Positions 39,363 to 48,154 of a stretch of 64,000 nt of DNA are shown one piece after another; positions within the stretch are counted from its first letter, which is position 1; each line of letters opens with the position of its first letter. The notes beneath the pieces are model-generated. The model saw only the letters and a program-made list of their open reading frames with translations. It searched no databases and was not told the origin of the DNA. The DNA lies in the IMG/VR virus record IMGVR_UViG_3300036859_000816, positions 67,133 through 131,132 of that record, one strand, 5' to 3'. Source of the DNA: a virus. The position numbers were made by a program, and so were the translations under genes.

Positions 39363-39581
39363 CTACCGCACCCGTTCCCAGCGCATACTCGCCTGGCAAT
39401 CCACGCGTTCCCAGCGCTGTTGGGTCACACAGTCGGCCATAAATTTGTCGGTCTTCATGTGGCTGACGAAGTAGCCCTGGGCCTCGCGTTGCGTCCGACC
39501 GTAGAAGGTGTGTTGCACGACCGGATAGTCCGTGCCCGCGCCGGCAGGTTCGTAAATGTCAACGATCAATTTCCAGAGCAT
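39363..39581 (-). CDS. hypothetical protein
   Basis: start overlaps the stop of the M15 peptidase gene. Confidence 0.5.
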   Translation of the reverse strand: MLWKLIVDIYEPAGAGTDYPVVQHTFYGRTQREAQGYFVSHMKTDKFMADCVTQQRWERVDCQASMRWERVR

Positions 39582-40144
39582 CAGCTTTGCCTCCGACGTT
39601 GCCAGGCCTGCCACCCAGCGTAACCAATTGCCGCGACCGATCCCGTCACCGCGGCACCGATCAGAGCCGCGCGACCAAACGGCATGGATGTTTGAATGCT
39701 GGCCTCGATCTCCGAGCAGTAAACCGAACTGGGGCAGACTTGTTCGATCGTCAGTCCTGGATGCCACTCGAAGTGGCCGATATCGGGAAATCCTGGAAAG
39801 TAGCCGCCCCATTTCCCGCCCATGGCTTGCCACATGTCGCCGGCAGTGCGGTACGCATTCTGTGGTTGCATCTTGCCGGCGCTGTCGATTGGATCAACGT
39901 CAACGGCGCGACCGAGCACATGCCAGGACAAGCAGCCGCTTGCATAGGTGACGATGTCGCCGCCCGCGGTCCGGCCTTGGGCATAGATGGTGTTCTGCTC
40001 AGTGCACGTCCGCCGACCGCCTTGACGCCGGATCTGTAAGTGCAAGCCCGTCGCCGCACCGAAACGTGCCGCCAAATCTTGCATGCGCCCGCGGGTTTCC
40101 CATTGGAGTCCGGGCAGCAAATTGTGCGGGTCGTAGAGCGTCAC
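39581..40144 (-). CDS. M15-family L-Ala-D-Glu peptidase (endolysin-like) with C-terminal TM anchor
   Basis: RT..EQ..IYAQGRT, SWH..GRAVD, WGG.F..F.D.GHFE; hydrophobic tail then WQRRR. Confidence 0.85.
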   Translation of the reverse strand: MTLYDPHNLLPGLQWETRGRMQDLAARFGAATGLHLQIRRQGGRRTCTEQNTIYAQGRTAGGDIVTYASGCLSWHVLGRAVDVDPIDSAGKMQPQNAYRTAGDMWQAMGGKWGGYFPGFPDIGHFEWHPGLTIEQVCPSSVYCSEIEASIQTSMPFGRAALIGAAVTGSVAAIGYAGWQAWQRRRQS

Positions 40145-40192
40145 CACCCGAAAAATAGCATTGACCGGCCGATCAGCGGTACTTTTGCCGTC

Positions 40193-41233
40193 ATGCCCGG
40201 TCTGGACGACGACACCCTCATCCAACTCTTGCAGATGACAGCCGAATCGATGGAAGTCGATCCGGAGGGCGTTGAGATCACGGACGAGCTCGAGGACGAG
40301 GTCGAAGCCTACGAAGCCGCACTGCAAGACGCTCTTGAGCTGGTGGCCAAAGGGTTTCCGCCAAGTAGTGACGTCACAGCCGAGGATCTCTGGGATGCCG
40401 AGGCGTCCTATTTGGTGCTCATGACCTTGCGCGGCGAAGGCGTGGGCATCTGGGACGGCAGCTGGGACGAGTTTTTCGATGAACGCGAGATCGAAGACGT
40501 TGAGCGTTTGCTCAAAAGCAAGCTGCGGTCCTTTGCCGACGAGTCTGGTGGCGGCAGCTTGAACGAAGCACTCATGAATGCCGTGGACGATACGGCTGGC
40601 GATGCGGGAGATGAAGACGAGGACGAGGAACCTGAGGAGGACGAAGGCGAAGAAGACGACGAGGAATACGAGTCGAACAAGAAGCTGCCGCTCAGGCGTA
40701 ATGCTATTGACCATAAAACTACGCCGCCAGAGGGTTTTGAGGTGTTTCGGGATCCGAGCGATGGTTGGAGATTTCGATCCATAGACGATCGCGACTTTCA
40801 AAGCCTCGGTTACACAACGCGCAAAGCTGCGTCTTTAGCGGCTTGGCGTCACGTTCAACGTCATAGAGAGCCTCGGGAGTACGAGTCGAACAAGAAACTG
40901 CCGCTGCGGCGCAACGCGCCGACTGAGCTCGCTCTCAACGCACGTAGAGCTAAGTACATCTACCGAGTGCGCGGCACAGCGGGCGCGTACGCCGACCGGG
41001 ATCGAGATTTTCGACATGGTCGTCACACCGTTTACATGGATGTCTCCTCTGAGGATGAGGCACGCGAAGCGGCAGAAAACTTCATGCAAAGTGAGCGTCC
41101 GCAAGGTCGCGAGGCGCGCGTGTGGATCGAGGAAACAACGCCGCGTACGGGCGAATTTTCTCAAGTCGCCAAATGGATCGACGGCGGACGTGGCGAGTGG
41201 AAACTCGACTATGACCGCAAACCTACTGCATAA
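40193..41233 (+). CDS. acidic multi-module protein with duplicated YESNKKLPLRRNA linker
   Basis: acidic domain with GEGVGIWDG, poly-D/E stretch, two linker copies, small downstream modules. Confidence 0.7.
   Translation: MPGLDDDTLIQLLQMTAESMEVDPEGVEITDELEDEVEAYEAALQDALELVAKGFPPSSDVTAEDLWDAEASYLVLMTLRGEGVGIWDGSWDEFFDEREIEDVERLLKSKLRSFADESGGGSLNEALMNAVDDTAGDAGDEDEDEEPEEDEGEEDDEEYESNKKLPLRRNAIDHKTTPPEGFEVFRDPSDGWRFRSIDDRDFQSLGYTTRKAASLAAWRHVQRHREPREYESNKKLPLRRNAPTELALNARRAKYIYRVRGTAGAYADRDRDFRHGRHTVYMDVSSEDEAREAAENFMQSERPQGREARVWIEETTPRTGEFSQVAKWIDGGRGEWKLDYDRKPTA
40667..40918 (+). repeat. imperfect 39-bp direct repeat encoding YESNKKLPLRRNA (40667-40705 and 40880-40918)
   Basis: identical peptide with synonymous DNA differences. 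Confidence 0.85.
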
Positions 41234-41246
41234 CTAAGGCTTAGAT

Positions 41247-41678
41247 ATGTCACGCCGCGAGCTCAGCACCGCCATCCACGACCAAATCGATGACCTGTTC
41301 GTCGACGATGAGCACGGTCAGCTCGATGAAGCGCCCCACATTCGACTCGTGCTCATCCGCGACGGCGAGCAGATCGTAGACAACCTAGACGATACCGATC
41401 TGGATGACACCGACATTCGTTACCTCGAGAGCTGCCGCGGCGGTGTCATTGTGACGATACTGCGCGATGGAACGTACAGCATTCGGTACTTCACTGATGA
41501 GGACGCGCTCGAAGATCAGTGGTCCGATATGTGCGAAGACGTCGATGGTGGCGCCGCGCCCATGACCGTCCGGTCGCTCGACGCTGAAGAAGAAGGCGAC
41601 GAAGGCGCTGGCGAGCGGGAAGACGAAGACGAAGAAGACGAAGAAGACGATGATGATTTGGACGACGAAGAGGAGTAA
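41247..41678 (+). CDS. highly acidic hypothetical protein
   Basis: 143 aa with D/E-rich tail. Confidence 0.65.
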   Translation: MSRRELSTAIHDQIDDLFVDDEHGQLDEAPHIRLVLIRDGEQIVDNLDDTDLDDTDIRYLESCRGGVIVTILRDGTYSIRYFTDEDALEDQWSDMCEDVDGGAAPMTVRSLDAEEEGDEGAGEREDEDEEDEEDDDDLDDEEE

Positions 41679-41680
41679 GC

Positions 41681-42103
41681 ATGCCACGCCGTAAACACCG
41701 TAAGAATGCTGAGCAACCCACTGAGCGCGATGTCCAAGACGCAGTCGCTGTCATTACGCGCGACTACTACGGGGACGTCGCAAGCGTTGGAGACGAACTG
41801 ATTCAAGGCATCAAAGACGGCGAGATCGCCAGTCCCGACGACTTTCATGATGCTCTACACGATGCCATCGATGGCACACAGCGCGTGATTTACACCTGGC
41901 AAGCGCGACTCGGTGTGCTCGTGAGCGAAAACCATGACGCTTACTTCGAAGAAGGTCTTGGTCCGCTAGATTGCAGTGAGAGCGTTCCTTGGGAACAGCT
42001 CATGTTCGCAGCTATGGAGCGCGATGTCGTCGAGTACATGGATCGCGAGGGTGTCGATCCGAGCGACGATGCATCGTACGAAAGCGACGAAGACGAGGAC
42101 TGA
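41681..42103 (+). CDS. acidic hypothetical protein (Ocr-like composition)
   Basis: GAGGAG RBS; LHDAIDG...VIYTWQA; strongly acidic. Confidence 0.6.
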   Translation: MPRRKHRKNAEQPTERDVQDAVAVITRDYYGDVASVGDELIQGIKDGEIASPDDFHDALHDAIDGTQRVIYTWQARLGVLVSENHDAYFEEGLGPLDCSESVPWEQLMFAAMERDVVEYMDREGVDPSDDASYESDEDED

Positions 42104-42106
42104 ACG

Positions 42107-43078
42107 ATGGTTGTACGAGGCCAAGACATCGAATACACACCCGGCAAAGGACGCGGTAGCCGGCGCAAAGGTCGCATGGGCGCGAGGGCAATCATTCATA
42201 CGGACGATGATGGTGAAACTTTTTACGTGAGCGTACACGACACCATTGCAGGACAGCTCACATCTGAATTTCCCGAGGTCTCAACTGCTTTCTCCGATCT
42301 CGACGCTGCGGATAAATGGGCAGCTGAAACTCTATTGGCTCGCAAGCGAACATGGTTAGGAGCATCCATGCAACGTAACGCGCATCAACCACTTGCTATA
42401 TCGGGCACGGCTTATCAATTCGAAGGCTTGAATTGGCGGCGCTCTTCCGACGAAGATTGGGAAACCGTCATGTATAGCCCGTATGGCGAGCGCGTACGGT
42501 TCGTGGGCGAGCGCGTCATCGATGGCTCACCCGTGCATGTCTGGCGCGCGGGTCCGATGAGGTTCATTGCGCAGTTGGCTCACATGTCGCCGAACGCTGC
42601 GCCTCCACCGCCGCCTCGGCGCCGTCGCACTGCCGATCCTTCATTGCGCCGCGTTCGCGCCATCGTCGAGCGCGAAGAGCGGCCCTTCGAACCCGAGCGG
42701 CGCTATCCGCGCGAAACCAAGCCGCATCACTTCGTCGTCAATGCTGAGCCGTTCCGTGAACCCGATGAAGAAGTCGCCGGCTATGGGATTTGGTACGGTC
42801 CGGATGGACCGGACGGCGATGTTGCGACCGAAGTCGAAATCGAACACCTGGGCTATGAGCGCGACCGCTATATCGTGCGCGAGTACCACCATGCCGAAGG
42901 CTATATTGATGACTACGATCCCGATGAGCCGTTTTTAGTCGTCGAAACCCTGGTTGACAAAGCGGATCTGCCGGATGTCGACGATCGTTTGGCTTTACGT
43001 TACGCCGCGGCTATTGGTGTCCAGCAGATGTCCGAACGCGGCGGCGAGGAGTCGTGGGCTTCGGAACTACCGCGCTAG
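42107..43078 (+). CDS. multi-module hypothetical protein
   Basis: modules separated by MQRNA, MSPNA and FVVNA. Confidence 0.65.
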   Translation: MVVRGQDIEYTPGKGRGSRRKGRMGARAIIHTDDDGETFYVSVHDTIAGQLTSEFPEVSTAFSDLDAADKWAAETLLARKRTWLGASMQRNAHQPLAISGTAYQFEGLNWRRSSDEDWETVMYSPYGERVRFVGERVIDGSPVHVWRAGPMRFIAQLAHMSPNAAPPPPPRRRRTADPSLRRVRAIVEREERPFEPERRYPRETKPHHFVVNAEPFREPDEEVAGYGIWYGPDGPDGDVATEVEIEHLGYERDRYIVREYHHAEGYIDDYDPDEPFLVVETLVDKADLPDVDDRLALRYAAAIGVQQMSERGGEESWASELPR

Positions 43079-43090
43079 AGGTATCTCGAT

Positions 43091-43495
43091 TCAAACAACG
43101 ACGCCGGCCGAGCGCTTGATTGCTGAAATTTCCTCTTTACGCCAGTACGGTATGTCATCGTAAACATCAACGCTGTATCGACCAGTATTAATATCAATGG
43201 GACTGATCATTACGTCACCGCGCATGGTTTTGTTCAACCCGTACACGATCTGCGATGCCGTATTCACGCTCGGCGCCCAACCCCAGCTATAGTGGCGGCC
43301 TCGCCAGTTGCCGACTATTTCATACTTTGTCGGCACTTCGTACGGACCATAGACGTCGTACCACTTCTGCGGCTCGGCAACCTGCATTGCTCGCTTGACC
43401 TGAGCAGCCATCGTCCAAACGTTGGAGCCCAAATACAGCGTCCAGCCGGTGTATTGGTTCCATTCCCAAACGGTGTAGCGCGTCCGCATCGCCAA
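43091..43495 (-). CDS. hypothetical aromatic-rich protein
   Basis: 134 aa ORF with internal two-module similarity. Confidence 0.5.
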   Translation of the reverse strand: MAMRTRYTVWEWNQYTGWTLYLGSNVWTMAAQVKRAMQVAEPQKWYDVYGPYEVPTKYEIVGNWRGRHYSWGWAPSVNTASQIVYGLNKTMRGDVMISPIDINTGRYSVDVYDDIPYWRKEEISAIKRSAGVVV

Positions 43496-43538
43496 TGAGT
43501 GTCGTCCCGCTCACCCAGAGTCGTCAATTTTTCGCGCA

Positions 43539-43928
43539 CTACCAGGCGCAGTAGCCGCCCAAGCCCGCCGGAGCGACCGGAACTTCTGGTGCTGGAGCGA
43601 CGACCGGCTGCACTGCGATGGGAACTTCGTGGTGAATCACCGTGCGCATGCCTTGGCCGACGTACGCGCCGACCATCATGCTCAAGAGGTCCACGATCTG
43701 GTTGATTCGGCTCTCGCCGACGCCGCGATGAAAGACGGCTTCAGGATCGCGCGCTTTGATTGCTTCCACGGCGCCCTCTGCCACTAGAGCAATCACCAGA
43801 GCAACCTTTGGATCGATGCCAGCTAGACCTGCTGCCGTGCCGACACCGAAGTGCATCGCCGTGGAAAGATCGACGGCCGCGATGCCGGTTTCGTGCTCAG
43901 CAGTAGCTAACCAAGTTCGCGTGGTCAC
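43539..43928 (-). CDS. small membrane protein, paralog of 46218-46592
   Basis: D.S...HFGVGTAAG...GES..NQ..D.L. Confidence 0.6.
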   Translation of the reverse strand: MTTRTWLATAEHETGIAAVDLSTAMHFGVGTAAGLAGIDPKVALVIALVAEGAVEAIKARDPEAVFHRGVGESRINQIVDLLSMMVGAYVGQGMRTVIHHEVPIAVQPVVAPAPEVPVAPAGLGGYCAW

Positions 43929-43971
43929 GTTGGAAGCTTCGCACGCATGGCCTCGGTCGTGCAAGTTTTGG

Positions 43972-44241
43972 CTACCAGTAGACTTCCCAGAGCTGCCAAC
44001 CGACGACTCCCGTCTTGAGTCCGCCATAGCGTCTAGTCCCGAGCTGAACTCGTCCCGCTCGTTTCACTTTGCCCTTGCGCGCGAGCGATGCGAGCACGCG
44101 GTAAGCGACCTCAGGCGGAATGTTCAGTGCGGCTGCTACATTGTCCGTTGTCGCACGTGCAAAGCGTCCGTATTCATCGCGATCATCGGATTCGTAGCGG
44201 ATCCAATCGTACGCGAGCGGTTCGAGCTCGGCTAACGTCAT
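43972..44241 (-). CDS. winged-helix-like DNA-binding protein
   Basis: TTDNVAAALNIP.EVAYRVLASLARKGKVKR. Confidence 0.55.
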   Translation of the reverse strand: MTLAELEPLAYDWIRYESDDRDEYGRFARATTDNVAAALNIPPEVAYRVLASLARKGKVKRAGRVQLGTRRYGGLKTGVVGWQLWEVYW

Positions 44242-44245
44242 GATG

Positions 44246-45550
44246 CTAACGCTGGGCGACGACGCGACCATATTGATCAACGACAGGATCGCCGCGGCGC
44301 CAATCCTTGAAAAAAGCTCCGCTGCTCTGACCGAGCCGCGCATTGTGTCCGTGGTTCAACATGCTGGGCAGATCGATACGATGTTCCAGCAATGATGGCG
44401 CATGGATGCAGATCCATTTACCGCGCTGGCAGATGACTTCACTGAGCGCCAAATCTTGGTCGTTTAGTCCCGGATGGATGTCAAACCACAGCTTTGAGCG
44501 TTCTCGAATCCACGGCACGTCACGACGATGTATGAGCGTCCCCTGTGAATAGGCTATGCGACAATTCGTCCAACGACACTTTGTTGGGATCTTACGCCAC
44601 TTGCGGTCGAATGAAGAGTACGTCGAGCCGCCCGCATCGAACACCCAACCGACGCCGAAGCGCGGGTCGTCGAGCTCGGGCCACGTGCTGAGGTTGTACA
44701 GAATGTGGCGATTCACGTCGACATCGTCTTCAAGGCGCAGCACGAGATCAGTATCGGCGGCGGCAAGCCGGTCCAGTACGGCCAAAAAGTGCTCGCGACT
44801 GTTGTGCTCCGGTCGCTGAAACATGACATCGTAATTCGTACCGATATCGGACGCTTCGATAGCCTGGCGCACCTGCTCCCAACCTGGCCGCGGCTGCGGC
44901 GGAGCCTGAACTACGACGGTAATCGAACGCGTGCTCTTCGGCGTATTACCAAACGGCTGGCTGTAGCGTTCTTGCCCGGGCAGACCGCCCCATTTGCTCA
45001 GGTAATACGCGCGGCTGTGCGACGGATCGAGCTCAGCAACCGAACCTGCTTTCGCCAATGTGGCCGAACGGACGTGTTGAGCATCGGAGCGCAATGATGT
45101 TCGTTCGATGCCAGCGTGGCGCATTCGGAACGCGTAGTCGTTGTCTTCATAGTACGCGGGATAGAATTTTTCATCGTAAGGACCGACCCTGCGAGTGCAC
45201 TCGGCAGATTGACCAAACAGCGCCCAGCCGAGGCCGCATTCTACGAAGATTGCGCCGCTATCGAGCGCTTGAACTAGAAGCCGAAATGTGTCGTGGCCAA
45301 GTGTCACGTCGTCGTTCGCAATGATGACGCTTTCACCGTTCGCGCGCTCCAGTATGCGGTTCCACGAAGCGGCGACGCCTAGGTTTCGTTCTGGTCGAAT
45401 GACTTCGACGTTCGGCAACGTCGGCGTTGGTAAGGTTCCGCCGTTATCGACGATAACGTAGCCGCTTGGACGCATCGAGCCGCGCTCGGCTGAATCCAGC
45501 AAGTGCGCCAAGAGTTCGTAACGGTTCAGCGTCGGTACGCCTAAGAGCAC
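44246..45550 (-). CDS. GT2 glycosyltransferase fused to a second GT-like domain
   Basis: GVPTLNR, IVDNG, NLGVAASWN, NDD, YYEDNDY; second domain with LRLEDD. Confidence 0.8.
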   Translation of the reverse strand: MLLGVPTLNRYELLAHLLDSAERGSMRPSGYVIVDNGGTLPTPTLPNVEVIRPERNLGVAASWNRILERANGESVIIANDDVTLGHDTFRLLVQALDSGAIFVECGLGWALFGQSAECTRRVGPYDEKFYPAYYEDNDYAFRMRHAGIERTSLRSDAQHVRSATLAKAGSVAELDPSHSRAYYLSKWGGLPGQERYSQPFGNTPKSTRSITVVVQAPPQPRPGWEQVRQAIEASDIGTNYDVMFQRPEHNSREHFLAVLDRLAAADTDLVLRLEDDVDVNRHILYNLSTWPELDDPRFGVGWVFDAGGSTYSSFDRKWRKIPTKCRWTNCRIAYSQGTLIHRRDVPWIRERSKLWFDIHPGLNDQDLALSEVICQRGKWICIHAPSLLEHRIDLPSMLNHGHNARLGQSSGAFFKDWRRGDPVVDQYGRVVAQR

Positions 45551-46203
45551 GGTCGCCTCCACTGCTTTGCAAAAGCGCCGCGCGTTGTAGCGGTACCGCG
45601 AACACTGTGTCGATGTTTCAATGTGCTGGGCAAATCGATGCGGTGCTCTACAAGCGCCGGAGCATGAATTGCAATCTGACGACCGCGTTCGATGATTGCG
45701 CAACTCAGCGCTTGATCTAAGTACTGGTGTTGATGTGGCGGCTTGCGCGTGAACCACTGAGCGCATAGATCCCGGATATCTGGCAAGGCTTGGCGAGGAA
45801 ATACAATTGCCTGCGAGTACGGCAACGTATTCTTGTGCCACCTGGTTTCCGTCGAAGGACGGCCCGCTTTACGATCGACGTCTTTCCAACCACGACCACC
45901 CGGATCGAAGAGCCAACCTGCGCCGAAACGCGGGTCGTGCACGGCGTCCCAAGTCATGATGTTGTGCACGATGTGTTCATTGACATCGACGTCATCTTCG
46001 AGCCGCAGACACAATTCTGCGCCCGACTCGAACAATTGATCCAAGGACGCCAGTACATGATCCGCGAGTGAGCGCGTTGGCGGATGAAAAATCACTTCGT
46101 AGTTCGTGCCAATGTCCGAAGCTTCAATGGCCGCGCGGACTGTTTCCCAGCCCGGTCTGCCCGGCGCATGACAGGCTTGAACGACGACGGCCAGACTGCG
46201 CAT
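45541..46203 (-). CDS. glycosyltransferase-like protein (paralog of the C-half of 44246-45550)
   Basis: AIEASDIGTNY, LRLEDDVDVN, YSQ, D.ALS, HAP.LVEHRIDLPS. Confidence 0.65.
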   Translation of the reverse strand: MRSLAVVVQACHAPGRPGWETVRAAIEASDIGTNYEVIFHPPTRSLADHVLASLDQLFESGAELCLRLEDDVDVNEHIVHNIMTWDAVHDPRFGAGWLFDPGGRGWKDVDRKAGRPSTETRWHKNTLPYSQAIVFPRQALPDIRDLCAQWFTRKPPHQHQYLDQALSCAIIERGRQIAIHAPALVEHRIDLPSTLKHRHSVRGTATTRGAFAKQWRRPCS

Positions 46204-46217
46204 AAGCTATTTCTAGC

Positions 46218-46592
46218 TCAATGCTGCCCGCATTTGCCACCACATTTGCAGCCGCCTGCGCAGCCGAGTGCTCCGATACCAGTCGGAGCAGCCGGTGCTG
46301 TGGTAGCGCTACGCACCACCGCACCAGTGTAGACGCCGGCAACGGTGAGCAGTACATCGGTGATTTGGTTCAGGCAGCTCTCGCCGGGTTGGCGCCGTGT
46401 CAGGCCGGCTTCACCGCGGCGTGCGACTTCGATCGCGGCCTTGTAGCCGAGAGCCGCAAGAATCACGAGCACGGGACTGACGCCCAGCACACCGGCAGCC
46501 GTGCCGATACCGAAGTGCGCAGCGCTCCGCGAGTCGAGCGCGGCTATGCCCTGCTCTTGCGCGTTATTGGCAACGACGGGAAACTGGCGCAT
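46218..46592 (-). CDS. small membrane protein, paralog of 43539-43928, with Cys-rich tail
   Basis: D.RS..HFGIGTAAG...GES..NQITD; CAGGCKCGGKC. Confidence 0.6.
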   Translation of the reverse strand: MRQFPVVANNAQEQGIAALDSRSAAHFGIGTAAGVLGVSPVLVILAALGYKAAIEVARRGEAGLTRRQPGESCLNQITDVLLTVAGVYTGAVVRSATTAPAAPTGIGALGCAGGCKCGGKCGQH

Positions 46593-47294
46593 TCACAACC
46601 GCGTCCAGTCGCCGTTCAGCATTCCCTCGATACTCCAGACATCCGGCTCATAGCCGAGTTGAAACGCGGCACGCTCGAGTGCTTCGAGTGAGTTGGGCGC
46701 GCGCACATGTGTCACGGCTGTGCCGCCGGCCGGCGCACTGTAGGTAATCTTGTACCAATTGAGCTCGCCGTGGGGACGCGCTTCGTTCGCTTCCATTTCG
46801 GTACTGGGCGTCAACACAATCGCATGCCAGATGCTTTTCGCGGGAAACGCGATTACTTTTTCGCCTTCAACACGAAAGTTTCTGAGCCTCTCACCTGAAT
46901 GTAGCACTCCAGCATCTCTGAGCGCTTTGGCCAGAGTGTTCCGATCTGAAAATGCATTATCCGGCATGGCGACCGGACCCATGCGATCTTTATCGCTCGG
47001 ACTGATCTTGTGCACGAACTTCACGTCGTAATATTCGACGCCGGCCGGATTCGCTGCCACGCCTCCACCGGCATAAATGTGCTCACCGCTGCCCGCACGA
47101 TAGATGCGCATGATCTCGAAGCTACCTGCTCGCGGATCCTTGCCGTGGCTCACTGCTCGATCGTGGCTTCCCTCCGTAGCGCTGATGCGCGCGTACGTCC
47201 GCGCGGTCTGTGCATCGTATGGTCCCCAGGGACCTTCCGTATCCAGCGGCATGTTGTCGCGATCAAGCGCCCAGACCCAGTATTGCTCGGCCAT
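46593..47294 (-). CDS. multi-module hypothetical protein
   Basis: three modules separated by VAANP and MEANE; first module shared with 47296-48147. Confidence 0.7.
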   Translation of the reverse strand: MAEQYWVWALDRDNMPLDTEGPWGPYDAQTARTYARISATEGSHDRAVSHGKDPRAGSFEIMRIYRAGSGEHIYAGGGVAANPAGVEYYDVKFVHKISPSDKDRMGPVAMPDNAFSDRNTLAKALRDAGVLHSGERLRNFRVEGEKVIAFPAKSIWHAIVLTPSTEMEANEARPHGELNWYKITYSAPAGGTAVTHVRAPNSLEALERAAFQLGYEPDVWSIEGMLNGDWTRL

Positions 47295-47295
47295 G

Positions 47296-48147
47296 TTAAT
47301 TCTCGCGTCCGGTTTCAATGAAGCGCCAAGCTGCAAGCCGTGCTGCCTTGCGCGTCCTGTGGCCGTAACTCCGGAAGTTTGGGTCACTTATAGGGCGCCA
47401 CTTCCAGCCATACAAATAGTCGTTTGAGTCACGGTAAACCTCGTAGCCTTCCGGCGCGCGTGCTTCTTTTTCGCGTTGGCTCTCGTTTGCCTCGAAGCCT
47501 TCGGAGCCAGCAGGAAATATCCGGTGACCGCTGCCCGCGCGATAGATGCGCATGATCTCGAAGCGCTGCGGATCGGCGCCACGGCTGACGGCGCTATCAT
47601 GCGTACCCTCTTGCGAACGAGCTCGCGCGTACGTCTTCGCGGTCATCATGTCGAACGGACCATACGGACCGTAGCCGGCGAGTGGCACGTTGTCGCGCCC
47701 GAGCGGCCAGACGTAGTACTCGGCATTGCTTCGAAACGTGCTGCGGTCCAATCCTTCACGCTCATCCTCGTACGATTCGCTGCGCGTGTGTCCTTCGAAC
47801 AGATCCATCGCTTCGTCCCGAATCATGCGTGGCGCGATCTCGCGTGGTGCAAAGCCGGGACCCTCAATCAGGAAGAAGTGCGCGTCCGCCTGCTGCGTGA
47901 GCATGTGATCGATGACTTTCATCGCTTCATTGCGCTGGCGTACCGTCATATTGCCCACACGCATGAGGTGCGTGCCGGATTCGTACGGCATCCACAGCAA
48001 CGGCTCACCGGTCCAATGTTTAAGAACGAACGTCTTGTCGTGCATCAAATCCGAACGCCGAAAGCCCGTGAACTTTCCGGTTTCTTTGACGATGGCCTGC
48101 ATGTGCTCGAACAGGTCGCGGCGCTCATCGGGTCTTGGTTCGGCCAT
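47296..48147 (-). CDS. multi-module hypothetical protein
   Basis: modules separated by FRSNA and FEANE; shares modules with 46593-47294 and 40193-41233. Confidence 0.7.
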   Translation of the reverse strand: MAEPRPDERRDLFEHMQAIVKETGKFTGFRRSDLMHDKTFVLKHWTGEPLLWMPYESGTHLMRVGNMTVRQRNEAMKVIDHMLTQQADAHFFLIEGPGFAPREIAPRMIRDEAMDLFEGHTRSESYEDEREGLDRSTFRSNAEYYVWPLGRDNVPLAGYGPYGPFDMMTAKTYARARSQEGTHDSAVSRGADPQRFEIMRIYRAGSGHRIFPAGSEGFEANESQREKEARAPEGYEVYRDSNDYLYGWKWRPISDPNFRSYGHRTRKAARLAAWRFIETGREN

Positions 48148-48154
48148 GTAATCC

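Noticed and set aside
40145-40801. Extended N-terminus of the 406 aa ORF 39581-40801
   Set aside because: Antisense of the acidic plus-strand gene; the M15 domain begins near the GTG at 40144
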